A DNA stretch of 62,428 bases, counting the filler. It is 4 parts of 4 records of this genome, joined end to end, with 100 filler letters (N's around TTAATTAATTAA, not from the genome) between each part and the next. Parts side by side here need not be neighbours in the genome. Positions count along the whole stretch, not along the records: positions 1 to 21,979 come from SRR22947727_6041; 3 more parts are not named here. The stretch is one strand, 5' to 3'. A program made the translations under genes and the position numbers. Positions 9,398 to 19,113 of the stretch are shown here, one piece after another; position 1 is the first letter of the stretch; every line of letters begins with the position of its first letter. Under the pieces are notes generated by a model, which was not told where the DNA came from, searched no databases, and was given only the letters and a program-made list of their open reading frames with translations.

Positions 9398-9757
9398 ATG
9401 TGGACTAAAGCACTGAGCCTCACCCTTGCGATGCTCGCCCTTCCAGCCATGTCAGAGACACGCTTGATTATGGCGGAGGAAGAGGGCTGCATGTGGTGTG
9501 CCCGCTGGAATGAAGAGATTGGCCCGATTTATCCAAAAACACCCGAAGGCCGCGCCGCGCCGCTCCAGCGTTTGGATGTGCATGGTCCCCTGCCAGCCGA
9601 GTTGCAATTCGACCGCAGCCTGCATTTCACGCCAACCTTTGTGCTTATGGTGGATGGGGTTGAGGCCTCCAGAATTGAAGGCTACCCGGGGGAAGATTTC
9701 TTTTGGGGCCTGCTTGGGCAGATGCTGATCGCGGCCGCTGTTCCCGTGGGCCAATGA
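9398..9757 (+). CDS. soxS: Periplasmic thioredoxin-like SoxS
   Basis: Signal peptide; GCMWC; YPKTPEG, FTPTFVL, RIEGYPGEDFFW. Confidence 0.9.
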   Translation: MWTKALSLTLAMLALPAMSETRLIMAEEEGCMWCARWNEEIGPIYPKTPEGRAAPLQRLDVHGPLPAELQFDRSLHFTPTFVLMVDGVEASRIEGYPGEDFFWGLLGQMLIAAAVPVGQ

Positions 9758-9833
9758 AATTCGTGTTATTGACCCATGAGGGCCTAATATGTCACATATA
9801 CTAGACAGTGTGCACATGAGGCAGAACAAAACC

Positions 9834-10169
9834 ATGGCTTTGCCGGTTTTTGACAAAAATATTTGTCCCGAAGATATGGACAAAATGGCAGGTAACGCGG
9901 TTCGAGCCGCAAACTTTCTCAAGGCGATCAGCCATGAGGGGCGCCTCATGATTCTGTGCTATCTCGCCTCTGGTGAGAAATCCGTGACGGATCTTGAAGA
10001 GCTGCTCTCGGCCCGCCAAGCGGCTGTATCGCAGCAATTGTCGCGCCTACGGATGGAGGGGCTTGTCACCCCACGCCGCGAAGGCAAGGTGATTTATTAC
10101 AGTTTGACCGACAAACGCTCCACGCAAATCATGGAGGTCGTCTATGATCTTTTTTGCCGAGGCACCTAG
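9834..10169 (+). CDS. soxR: ArsR/BigR-type sulfane-sulfur-responsive repressor SoxR
   Basis: LKAISHEGRLMILCYL...VSQQLSRLR wHTH; Cys in ILC and in C-terminal LFC; start placed at ATG 9834 after GAGG. Confidence 0.9.
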   Translation: MALPVFDKNICPEDMDKMAGNAVRAANFLKAISHEGRLMILCYLASGEKSVTDLEELLSARQAAVSQQLSRLRMEGLVTPRREGKVIYYSLTDKRSTQIMEVVYDLFCRGT

Positions 10170-10178
10170 GGCGGTCAC

Positions 10179-11234
10179 ATGCTAGACACACTTTCAGAAC
10201 CCGCAATTGTCGCATGGATCGGCTTGGCGGGCGGCGTGGTTCTTGGGCTCGCGGCCCGCATTGGCCGATTTTGTACGCTTGGCGCTCTGGAAGATCTTTT
10301 TTACGGCGACAGCTCTGAGCGCGTGCGCATGTGGGGCATTGCGATTGGTTTGTCGATTGCCGGCAGTTTCACCGCCCAGGCGCTCGGCTGGATCGATCTG
10401 ACTAACTCAATCTACCTCTCGGCGGCTTGGAACCCATGGGCGAGCGTCGCAGGCGGCCTCACCTTTGGCTATGGCATGGCGCTCGCGGGAAATTGCGGCT
10501 ATGGCGCATTGGCCCGACTGGGCGGCGGAGATATTCGCGCCTTCATCATTGTTCTGGTCATGGGCATATTCGCCTATATGACGATTGCAGGCCCCTTGGC
10601 CTATATGCGCATTTGGGTCTTCGGGGGCGGCAGTGCAGCCCCTACCCCGCCAAGCATCGCATTTGCGCTGTCGGATCAACTCGGGCTCTCCCTTACTTGG
10701 GTCGGTATGGGCCTAGGGTTTTGCATCTTTGCCCTCGCCGCTGTCCGTCGCCCGATTTGGCAACATCTCAAAACACTGTTTTGGGGCGGGCTGGTTGCCG
10801 GGGCGATTGTGTCTGGCTGGATTGGCACACAATGGATTGCCACCCATGGCTTCGAAGAACTGCCCGTTGTCACCCACACCTTCTCTGCCCCGATCGGTGA
10901 AAGCCTCATCTACCTGATGAGCGCCAGCGGCAATTCTGTGAGCTTTGCCACAGGATCTGTCTTAGGCGTTTTAATTGGTGCTTTTCTCGGCTCCATATTC
11001 AAAGGGCACTTTCGCTGGGAGGCCTGTGACGATGCGCGCGAGTTGCGCCGGCAAATCTTTGGGGCGGCGCTTATGGGCGTCGGATCCGTCTTGGCGCTGG
11101 GATGCAGCGTTGGACAGGGACTATCCGCCTTCTCCACCCTCGCCTATGGTGCCCCTGTAACGCTCATCTGCATCATGATTGGTGCCGCGATCGGGCTACA
11201 CCAATTGATCCAAGGGTTTCATCAAATCGATTGA
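10179..11234 (+). CDS. soxT: YeeE/YedE-family (SoxT-type) membrane protein, copy 1
   Basis: RFCTLGA, LAGNCGYG, LALGCSVGQG Cys motifs; highly hydrophobic; 9 nt after soxR. Confidence 0.8.
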   Translation: MLDTLSEPAIVAWIGLAGGVVLGLAARIGRFCTLGALEDLFYGDSSERVRMWGIAIGLSIAGSFTAQALGWIDLTNSIYLSAAWNPWASVAGGLTFGYGMALAGNCGYGALARLGGGDIRAFIIVLVMGIFAYMTIAGPLAYMRIWVFGGGSAAPTPPSIAFALSDQLGLSLTWVGMGLGFCIFALAAVRRPIWQHLKTLFWGGLVAGAIVSGWIGTQWIATHGFEELPVVTHTFSAPIGESLIYLMSASGNSVSFATGSVLGVLIGAFLGSIFKGHFRWEACDDARELRRQIFGAALMGVGSVLALGCSVGQGLSAFSTLAYGAPVTLICIMIGAAIGLHQLIQGFHQID

Positions 11235-11450
11235 GCCCTGCGGCACTGGCAAAATTTTTGACCACCACCGCATTTAGGACCAAATTTCTGCACCTCAATT
11301 CAGCCTCTCCAATAAGGTTCTGACCTTTCAACGCCCCGCAGAACCCTATTCCTTCTATCCCGCTCACAGTAGAATTTCGTCACCCCAAGCGCATTTGCAT
11401 CCTTGAGTTTTAAGGGGCAAGTGAGGATCAAACAATAAAAGGTGTTTGAT

Positions 11451-12503
11451 ATGTTTGAACAACTCGGTTTCGAAAACCTGAACCCAACACAGGCGTCGCT
11501 GATCTTAGCATTGATCCTTGGCCTGCTGTTCGGCGGGATTGCCCAGCATCTCAAGTTTTGCTTCAGAAGCGCTGTTGTGGGCACAGGAAACAGCGCTCAA
11601 ACAGCGCGCGGCATCTGGTTTATCACCTTGGGAACAGCCTTGCTCGGCACGCAGCTTTTGACCGTGACGGGATATATCTCGTTTGACGATCACCGTTTGC
11701 TGGCAAGCGATCTTCCAATTGCAGCAATCCTTGTCGGCGGTGTCATGTTTGGCATTGGCATGGTGCTCACCCGTGGGTGTATCTCGCGCCTCTCCGTGCT
11801 GACCGGCTCGGGCAATCTGCGGGCCCTCACCGTGCTTGTGGTCTTCGCAATTCTTGCCCATGCGACGCTTAAAGGCATTCTAGCCCCTCTGCGCGTCTGG
11901 CTTGGCTCTGTCACCCTGCCCATGGGCGAGGTCAGCTCGCTTGCGGGACTTCCCGGCGGCGCTGCCGTTTGGGCGGTTCTGGTGGCTTTGATCTGCTTTG
12001 CCCTCGCCGCCCGCTCTGGTGTTGCTTGGAGTAAAGCGCTCTGGTCCGGGCTGCTGGGCCTCTTGGTCCCCGCGGGATGGCTTGGCACAGGTTTTGTCTT
12101 ACAAGATGAATTTGACCCCATCGTGATGCAATCTCTGTCCTTTACCGCCCCTGCTGCAGATTTACTCTTTTGGACAGTGGCCTCCTCCGCCATTCCGGCC
12201 GGATTCGGAGTTGGGTTGATCCTCGGCGTGGTGCTCGGAGCAGCGGCGGCCTCCCTCAGCAAAGGTGAATTTCACTGGCAATCTTTCGACACAGCCAAAC
12301 AAACCGGCCGTTATTTCTTGGGCGCGGCGCTCATGGGTGTGGGCGGGGTATTGGCAGGTGGCTGTACCGTTGGTGCGGGTCTGGCGGGCATTGCAAGCCT
12401 CAGCATCGCCGCACTCCTTGCGCTGGCCTCAATCGCTATCGGCGGATGGGCCATGCAGGCGTTGTTGTCAGAAAAAAATAGCGCAGCTATTGGCGCGCAT
12501 TAG
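11451..12503 (+). CDS. YeeE/YedE-family (SoxT-type) membrane protein, copy 2
   Basis: KFCFRSA, LTRGCISR, LAGGCTVGAG Cys motifs; alternative GTG start at 11442. Confidence 0.85.
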   Translation: MFEQLGFENLNPTQASLILALILGLLFGGIAQHLKFCFRSAVVGTGNSAQTARGIWFITLGTALLGTQLLTVTGYISFDDHRLLASDLPIAAILVGGVMFGIGMVLTRGCISRLSVLTGSGNLRALTVLVVFAILAHATLKGILAPLRVWLGSVTLPMGEVSSLAGLPGGAAVWAVLVALICFALAARSGVAWSKALWSGLLGLLVPAGWLGTGFVLQDEFDPIVMQSLSFTAPAADLLFWTVASSAIPAGFGVGLILGVVLGAAAASLSKGEFHWQSFDTAKQTGRYFLGAALMGVGGVLAGGCTVGAGLAGIASLSIAALLALASIAIGGWAMQALLSEKNSAAIGAH

Positions 12504-12513
12504 AAGATTGAGC

Positions 12514-12542
12514 GCTCAAGGGCGGGTGATCTGCCCTTGAGC
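12514..12542. terminator. Hairpin between convergent genes
   Basis: GCTCAAGGGC/GCCCTTGAGC 10-bp inverted repeat. Confidence 0.6.
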
Positions 12543-12551
12543 TTCTTATCG

Positions 12552-13433
12552 TTACAGCGCCTGCAACCGTTTGAACAATGACGAAGTATCCCAGCGACCA
12601 CCGCCCATCCTCTGCACGTCTTTATAGAATTGATCGACCAAGGCCGTAACAGGCAGGCTCGCGCCATTCTCATCGGCCGTCGCCAAACAAATTCCCAGAT
12701 CCTTGCGCATCCAATCCACAGCGAAGCCATGCTCAAAGTGATCGTCCAGCATCGTCTCGAAGCGATTGGACATTTGCCAGCTGCCGGCAGCGCCTTGGCT
12801 AATGACCTCAACCACAGAGGCACCATCCAGCCCAGCTTTTGAGGCAAAATGCATCGCCTCTGAAAGGCCTTGCACCAGACCGGCAATGGCGATCTGGTTG
12901 CACATCTTGGTCATTTGTCCCGCACCGCTCTCGCCAATGCGACGGCAGAGCTTTGAATAGACCGCCATAGCAGGCTCAGCGCGGTCAAAATCGGCCTGAT
13001 CACCACCGCACATGATCGACAATTGGCCATTCTCAGCGCCCGCCTGGCCGCCAGAAACAGGCGCATCCACAAATGCGATGCCTTTGATGCGCGCGGCCTC
13101 ATACAGCTCACGCGTGACCGCGGCAGAGACCGTGGTGTGATCTACGAAAATACTGCCCTCGGCCATAGACGCAAAGGCGCCGTCTGGTCCCAAACAGATC
13201 GACCGCAGATCGTTATCATTGCCGACGCAGGCCATGACCATCTCAGCTCCCTTTGAGGCTTCAGCCGGGGTTGCGCCAGTTGCACCGCCATGCTCAGAGG
13301 CCCAAGCGCCGGCTTTTGCAGCCGTCCGATTGTATACTGTGACCTCATGGCCCGCACGCGCCAGATGTCCCGCCATTGGGTAGCCCATGACACCTAAGCC
13401 TAAGAACGTAATTTTTGTCATTGTCTTATCCAT
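12552..13433 (-). CDS. Beta-hydroxyacid dehydrogenase (3-hydroxyisobutyrate dehydrogenase / tartronate semialdehyde reductase family)
   Basis: FLGLGVMGYPMA Rossmann motif; FVDAPVSGG; GAGQMTKMCNQ; KDL motif. Confidence 0.9.
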   Translation of the reverse strand: MDKTMTKITFLGLGVMGYPMAGHLARAGHEVTVYNRTAAKAGAWASEHGGATGATPAEASKGAEMVMACVGNDNDLRSICLGPDGAFASMAEGSIFVDHTTVSAAVTRELYEAARIKGIAFVDAPVSGGQAGAENGQLSIMCGGDQADFDRAEPAMAVYSKLCRRIGESGAGQMTKMCNQIAIAGLVQGLSEAMHFASKAGLDGASVVEVISQGAAGSWQMSNRFETMLDDHFEHGFAVDWMRKDLGICLATADENGASLPVTALVDQFYKDVQRMGGGRWDTSSLFKRLQAL

Positions 13434-13438
13434 CTCAG

Positions 13439-14398
13439 TTAAAGCTGATCGCCGGGCGCCTTACCCGCGAAAAATGCATCCAAATTGTCGAGGGCACGAA
13501 AGCCCATAGCGTCCCGCGTCTGGCCGGTCGCACTGCCAATATGGGGCAGCATGAAAATATTATCAAAACGGCTGAACGCGGGATTTCCACCCGGCTCGAC
13601 TTGAAAACAATCCAAACCCGCAGCGGAAAGCTGCCCGCTGTCTAGGGCCGCGATCAAGGCGGCCTCATCGACCAAAGCTCCACGCGCCGTATTCACAAAC
13701 ACCGCACCGGCCGGCATGAGAGCGAAGCGCTCTGCGCTCATCAAACCGTTGGTTTCAGGCGTCGCCGGGCAGTGAAGCGACAGAAAATCGCTGACCCCCA
13801 GCAGGCTTTCAACCGTGTGATGATAGACGGCCCCCTGGGTGAGCTCTTCGGCAAGCGGGCTGCGGTTGAAGTAATGCAGCTCCATATCAAAGCCGCGGGC
13901 CTTCGCAGCAAAAGCCCGTCCCACACGGCCCATGCCAATGATCCCAAGCCGCGCGCCTGTGACCTGTTTGCCAACCATAAAAGCCGGTGACCAGCTGTCC
14001 CAGGCGCCTGAGCGCACGATCCGGTCTCCCGCCACCGCATGACGCGCAGCACCGAGCAATAAAAGCATGGCAAGTTCAGCGGTGGCATCGGACAAGACAT
14101 CAGGCGTGTTTGTCACCACGATGCCGCGGCTTTTCAGCGCCGGCAAATCACAATGATCCACGCCGACTGAATGATTGGCCACAATTTTCAACCGATCCGA
14201 AAACTGCGCGACAACCTCGGCTGAAAAATGCTCAGAATGACAAGGGATGATGCCATCGCAGGCAGCGCTGGCCGCAATAATTTCCTCGGCGGTTCCTGGT
14301 CTATCTTCATAGTTGATGACCACCTCATAGTCCCGTGCCGCCCGCTCAAGCGTCGCGTAAGATAAGCGCCGGGTGACCCAAATTCGTGGCTTGCTCAT
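13439..14398 (-). CDS. D-2-hydroxyacid dehydrogenase (glyoxylate/hydroxypyruvate reductase-like)
   Basis: VTNTPDVLSDATAE; GIIGMGRVG; VNTARG; AGLD; PHIGSAT. Confidence 0.9.
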   Translation of the reverse strand: MSKPRIWVTRRLSYATLERAARDYEVVINYEDRPGTAEEIIAASAACDGIIPCHSEHFSAEVVAQFSDRLKIVANHSVGVDHCDLPALKSRGIVVTNTPDVLSDATAELAMLLLLGAARHAVAGDRIVRSGAWDSWSPAFMVGKQVTGARLGIIGMGRVGRAFAAKARGFDMELHYFNRSPLAEELTQGAVYHHTVESLLGVSDFLSLHCPATPETNGLMSAERFALMPAGAVFVNTARGALVDEAALIAALDSGQLSAAGLDCFQVEPGGNPAFSRFDNIFMLPHIGSATGQTRDAMGFRALDNLDAFFAGKAPGDQL

Positions 14399-14589
14399 TT
14401 TTTGGAAACACATTCTTCCCAGAAATTATACACCGCCGCCACGCAGACCAGCAGCGCAATCAGCATGAAGGGCAGACCGCCCGAAAACCCTGCAAAACCG
14501 GTCGAAATACTATGTGACAGGCCCGCGATGAATATGAGGAAAAGAGCCGTGCCCACAAGCCCCCCGATGAGTTTGACAGTTCTTGACAT
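14395..14589 (-). CDS. Small two-TM membrane protein (64 aa)
   Basis: MSRTVKLIGG... with two hydrophobic segments; AAGGA RBS; ATGA overlap with the downstream gene. Confidence 0.7.
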   Translation of the reverse strand: MSRTVKLIGGLVGTALFLIFIAGLSHSISTGFAGFSGGLPFMLIALLVCVAAVYNFWEECVSKK

Positions 14590-14603
14590 GAGATTGTCCT
14601 TCG

Positions 14604-15941
14604 TTAGGTGGCTTGCGCCAGGTGGAGTTGCAACCATCGCGCGGTGCGCAAAAGACGGTCATCTTTTTCAATTGGCCCGATGAGCTGTACGCCAATTGGG
14701 AGGTTATTGTCACCCACCAAAAGGGGCAGGCTGACGCAGGGCAGACCGGCCAGGGTCCATAGGGTGCAAAATATCGGATCGCCCGTGCCTGACCCAAATT
14801 TGGGGGCTTCCCCGGTTGCGCAGGGGGCAATGATCGCATCAAATTCGACAAACAGCTCATCAAAGAAAGTTTGGGCCGAGGCCTTCACCGCAAGCGCATC
14901 GGTGTACTCAGCTTCACTAATTTTCCGACCCCGGGCCACAATGAGCTGCAGTTCGCGGCTCAGATCTTCGAAATTCGCATCAAAGACCGCGGCTTGATGT
15001 TGGCAAATTTCATATTCATGAATGCGTGCCTGTACCGCTACAAGGTTGGCCAAAGTATCGGCCGCCGCCATGCGCGTGATCCGCGGACCGAGCACATCCA
15101 GAACAGCCTCCATCCCTTCGTGAGCGTCGGGTGACAGCCGGTCATAAAATGGCAGGTTGAACCAGACCAAATCTGGCGCAACAGGCGCTTCAGCTTGCGC
15201 GCCGGCGCGCATTTGAGGGCGCGGTCTGGCAAAGCTGCAGCTGTCGGCCTGATCATAGCCTGCCAGGGCATCGGTCAGCAATGCCACATCTTCCAACGAG
15301 CGGCCAAAGCAGCCAACTTGATCGAGACTATCGGAGGTTTTCAACACCCCTGCCCGGCTGATCACGCCCCGGGTGGGTTTAAAACCAAAGGTGCCGCAGA
15401 AGGATGCCGGCCGGATTACAGACCCGTTGGTTTGCGTTCCAACTGCCAAAGGCACGTGGCAGGCCGCGACAGCCGCGGCAGAGCCGCTGGAAGAGCCGCC
15501 AGGGCTGTGCTCTGGATTGTGCGGATTTCGGGTGTCATTGGCGTGAACAAAGGCCAATTCGGTTGTCACCGTTTTGCCCATAATCACGGCCCCAGATTCA
15601 CGCAGACGCTCGACCAAGCGCGCATCTTTACCTGGCTGACGATCTTTGAAAATATCAGTCCCGCGCTGGGTTGGCATATCGCGGGTATCGATGACATCTT
15701 TCAAACCGACGGGCAAACCATGTAAAGGCCCGGTGCCCAACCCTGCTTTGCGAATGCGGTCGCATTCTGCCGCCTGCGCCAAGGCGCTCTCCGGGTCCAA
15801 ATGGGCCCAAGCTTTGATTGATGCATCCGTATCTGCAATCTGCTCAAGGCAGGATTTCACCAGGTCCACGGAGGAGAGGCGACCTGAGGCGATGGCTTGC
15901 ACCGCCTCAGTTGCTGTTAATGTATAGGGGGCTATCTTCAC
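14604..15941 (-). CDS. Amidase-signature family amidase
   Basis: GLPVGLKD; SPGGSSSGSAAAVA; GTQTNGSVIRPASFCG; LPIGVQL; GTGA overlap with dctM. Confidence 0.92.
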   Translation of the reverse strand: MKIAPYTLTATEAVQAIASGRLSSVDLVKSCLEQIADTDASIKAWAHLDPESALAQAAECDRIRKAGLGTGPLHGLPVGLKDVIDTRDMPTQRGTDIFKDRQPGKDARLVERLRESGAVIMGKTVTTELAFVHANDTRNPHNPEHSPGGSSSGSAAAVAACHVPLAVGTQTNGSVIRPASFCGTFGFKPTRGVISRAGVLKTSDSLDQVGCFGRSLEDVALLTDALAGYDQADSCSFARPRPQMRAGAQAEAPVAPDLVWFNLPFYDRLSPDAHEGMEAVLDVLGPRITRMAAADTLANLVAVQARIHEYEICQHQAAVFDANFEDLSRELQLIVARGRKISEAEYTDALAVKASAQTFFDELFVEFDAIIAPCATGEAPKFGSGTGDPIFCTLWTLAGLPCVSLPLLVGDNNLPIGVQLIGPIEKDDRLLRTARWLQLHLAQAT

Positions 15942-17305
15942 GGGACGTAAACACCAAACAGATAGTCAGGGAACCATAGGGCAATCCCAGGGAAAATATA
16001 CATCAAGACCATTGTGAAAATCACAATGCCCAAATATGGCATAATCCCCTTGAAAATTTCAATCAGCTCGATCTGATTTTTCAGCACACCTTTAAGGTAA
16101 TAGGCCGACATGGCCATGGGCGGCGTTAAAAACGACGTCTGCAGATTCAAGGCCACGAGCATCGCGAAAAAGTAAGGGTTCACGCCAAAGGGCTCAAGAA
16201 GCGGCAAGAAGATCGGAACGAAGATGATCAGAATTTCTGACCACTCCAAAGGCCAGCCCAAAACGAAGATGATCAACTGCGCCATGATCAAAAATTGGAT
16301 CGTGGTCAAGTTCATGCCGATGACCCAATCGCTGATCAAATCATGCCCCCCGAGGTAGGAAAACACCGATGCAAATGTCCAAGACCCAACAAAGAGCCAG
16401 CACACCATCGCCGTCGCTTTCGCGGTGAGAAAGACGCTTTCCTTAAGCTTATCCCAAGTCATGGAGCGGTAGATCACCGCTAGGATGATACCGCCCAATG
16501 CCCCCATAGCCGCCGCTTCTGCTGGCGTTGCGAGGCCGCCCAGAATAGAGCCCAAAACCAAAGCAATGAGCACCGTCAGCGGAACAAAGGACACCAAAAG
16601 GTCCCAGTAGATTTTCGAAGGCGGCGGCACATCATCCAGATTTGGCTTTGGCGCCAGTTTTGGGTTTATCCAAACACGGACGATCACATATACAATGTAG
16701 AGACCCGCGAGCAAAAGGCCCGGAAAAACGGCCGCTGCATAGAGGCGCAGAGGCGACAGGTTGCCGATGGCGGCATAGACAATCAACATGATTGACGGTG
16801 GGATCAAGATCCCCAAAGTACCTCCAGCACAGATCACACCAGAGGCAAAGCTTCGGTTATAATTGGCATTGGCCATGGCCGGATAGGCCAACAAGCCCAT
16901 CAATGTCACAACCGCGCCCACAATGCCCGAGGCCGTGGAAAACACCGCACAGGTCAGCAAAGCGGCAATCGCCAAAGAGCCCGGCAAGTTGCGCGCAGCC
17001 ATGTAGAGCGAAAAGAACAGCCTGTTCACAATATTGGCCCGTTCCACCACATAGCCCATGAACAAAAACAAAGGAATGGCGACCAGCGTGTCGTTCTCCA
17101 TGACCGAATAGGTGTTTTGGTTCAGCAAGTAGAAGATGTTGTTATTGAAAATATCCGAGAACATTTCCGGAGGACCTTGATAATAGGCGTAATAGCCAAA
17201 GCCAACGCCCATGGCGATCAAAGTAAAAGCAATTGGAAATCCAAGTAATACCAGCACGATAAACAGGCAAAGCATTAGGATGGCGACTTCAGGGTTTGTC
17301 ATCAT
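15938..17305 (-). CDS. dctM: TRAP transporter large permease DctM
   Basis: AIPLFLFMG; GGTLGILIPPSI; ATPAEAAAMG; SFLTPP. Confidence 0.93.
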   Translation of the reverse strand: MMTNPEVAILMLCLFIVLVLLGFPIAFTLIAMGVGFGYYAYYQGPPEMFSDIFNNNIFYLLNQNTYSVMENDTLVAIPLFLFMGYVVERANIVNRLFFSLYMAARNLPGSLAIAALLTCAVFSTASGIVGAVVTLMGLLAYPAMANANYNRSFASGVICAGGTLGILIPPSIMLIVYAAIGNLSPLRLYAAAVFPGLLLAGLYIVYVIVRVWINPKLAPKPNLDDVPPPSKIYWDLLVSFVPLTVLIALVLGSILGGLATPAEAAAMGALGGIILAVIYRSMTWDKLKESVFLTAKATAMVCWLFVGSWTFASVFSYLGGHDLISDWVIGMNLTTIQFLIMAQLIIFVLGWPLEWSEILIIFVPIFLPLLEPFGVNPYFFAMLVALNLQTSFLTPPMAMSAYYLKGVLKNQIELIEIFKGIMPYLGIVIFTMVLMYIFPGIALWFPDYLFGVYVP

Positions 17306-17331
17306 GTTATCTTTCAAAAAGTGCCAAAGGC

Positions 17332-17949
17332 TTAGTGAGAACCGCGCGAGCTTGGCTCACCGCCGCTCAAAGGGGATGGGATTGTCAGGTCGTCGCTATC
17401 CATCAACATGTCTTCAGTCTCGCGCACATCGCTCAGACGTTCCATCCATTGACCCGTTTTCATGGCCGTCCAGCAGCGGATGAGCTCAGCAACCCCTTGC
17501 ACCAAGAGCAAGGCACCGGCCAGAGGGATGAGTGTTTTGAAGAAATAAATCTGAATCCGCGCCGGGCTGTTCCAGCTCACCTCTTTATAACGCCAGCTGT
17601 CAGATGCAATTTCCCAACCGTACCAGAACAGTGCCAAAATGCCTGGGAAGAAAAACAAAAGATACAGCAAAAAGTCGACCCGGGCTTGCCAACGCACAGA
17701 GAAAAGGCGGTACACCACATCGCCGCGCACATGCGTATCCTGCGCCAAAGCGTAGGGACCGGCCATTAAAAACAGCGCCCCATACATTTGCACCATCATA
17801 TCGAAAGCCCAAACCGTCGGTGCGTTGAGCACGTATCGCATGAAGACCTCATAAGAGACTGACAGCGTCAGGATCAGAATGCACCACCCAAAGGCGCGCC
17901 CGACCCATATATTCAGACCTTCGATTGCATGAACTAATTTTATCACCAC
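17332..17949 (-). CDS. dctQ: TRAP transporter small permease DctQ
   Basis: Four TM segments; EVFMRY...APTVWA...HVRGD. Confidence 0.92.
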   Translation of the reverse strand: MVIKLVHAIEGLNIWVGRAFGWCILILTLSVSYEVFMRYVLNAPTVWAFDMMVQMYGALFLMAGPYALAQDTHVRGDVVYRLFSVRWQARVDFLLYLLFFFPGILALFWYGWEIASDSWRYKEVSWNSPARIQIYFFKTLIPLAGALLLVQGVAELIRCWTAMKTGQWMERLSDVRETEDMLMDSDDLTIPSPLSGGEPSSRGSH

Positions 17950-18018
17950 TTTGCCCCTTCAAGATATACGAAATCCGGAGGCTCATAGACAAGCCCCCGG
18001 ACCTCATGTGTGTTCAGA

Positions 18019-19113
18019 TCAACCGAAATAGTGGTTATAGGCCAGCTTATAATCCGGCTGGTTGAGGTTCAGGTAGCCCATGACGTTTTTGGCGTAGGCT
18101 TTCTGGCTTTCGATGACTTTCGCAAAGAACGCATCTTCGCCCGAGATCCGGTCAACAACCACATCCCAAGCTGCCAATTGCGCAGCCATAACGTCATCTG
18201 GAGTCCGGTGCACATTCACGCCCTGTTCGTTTTGCAACGTTTGCAAATCGTCTGCATAGCGCTTGGTATTATGCCAATAGAAGTTGGAGTTTTCAGCTTC
18301 GGAAGCATATTTCAAGATCGACTGCAGCTCTTCGGGCAGTGCTTCGAACTTACGCTTGTTGAACGTGACTTCGAAGAATTCTTGCGACTGGTGGAACGAC
18401 GCCAGGTGATAGTCTTTAGAGACGTCCTGCATCCCGAAATCGCGGTCAGACGTCGGGTTGTTGAACTCAGCCGCGTCAATCAGGCCAGATTTCATCGCTG
18501 GCTGGATCTCACCGCCTGGCAATTGAACAACAGACATGCCCATTTCTAGCAAAACATCTGCGGCCAAACCAACCGTACGGTATTTCAGACCATCCATTTG
18601 CGAGACGTTTTTGATTTCTTCTTTAAACCACCCCAGCGGCTGCGCTGGCATAGGTGAGTTGAAGAAGGATACAACATTTAGGCCCAAAGTGCCCATGAGC
18701 TCGTCGAACAGCTCTTGGCCGCCGCCATAGTTGACCCAACCCAAAACCTCTTGAGACGACCAACCAAAACATGGGCCGGTGCCAAACAAGGACGCAGCTT
18801 TGGATTTGGAATACCAATAAGCGGGCACATAATGTGCGGCGTCCAGAACACCGCGGTGCACCGCGTCTTGCATCTGGCTGGTTTTGACAACCGAGTCGAC
18901 GGCCAGAAGGTCAATTTTCAGCGAGCTGCCGGCCATGGCGTGAACACGATCCACATAGGATTGCGCATTCTCCAAGAATATGCCGCCGCCCCAGGCTGCT
19001 TGCATTTTCAATGTGGTTGTGTGGTTTGCGGCAATCGCTGGCGTCGCCAATGCTGCGGCACCTACAACGGCAGAGCCGCGCAGGAATTTTCTACGATTCA
19101 GAGTGTCAGTCAT
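18019..19113 (-). CDS. dctP: TRAP substrate-binding protein, TakP-like
   Basis: Start ATG 19113 after GGAGG; Tat signal NRRKFL...LATPAIA; QPLGWF, GLKYRTVGL, LPGGEI, IDAAEF typical of the TakP (2-oxo/2-hydroxy acid) group. Confidence 0.88.
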   Translation of the reverse strand: MTDTLNRRKFLRGSAVVGAAALATPAIAANHTTTLKMQAAWGGGIFLENAQSYVDRVHAMAGSSLKIDLLAVDSVVKTSQMQDAVHRGVLDAAHYVPAYWYSKSKAASLFGTGPCFGWSSQEVLGWVNYGGGQELFDELMGTLGLNVVSFFNSPMPAQPLGWFKEEIKNVSQMDGLKYRTVGLAADVLLEMGMSVVQLPGGEIQPAMKSGLIDAAEFNNPTSDRDFGMQDVSKDYHLASFHQSQEFFEVTFNKRKFEALPEELQSILKYASEAENSNFYWHNTKRYADDLQTLQNEQGVNVHRTPDDVMAAQLAAWDVVVDRISGEDAFFAKVIESQKAYAKNVMGYLNLNQPDYKLAYNHYFG

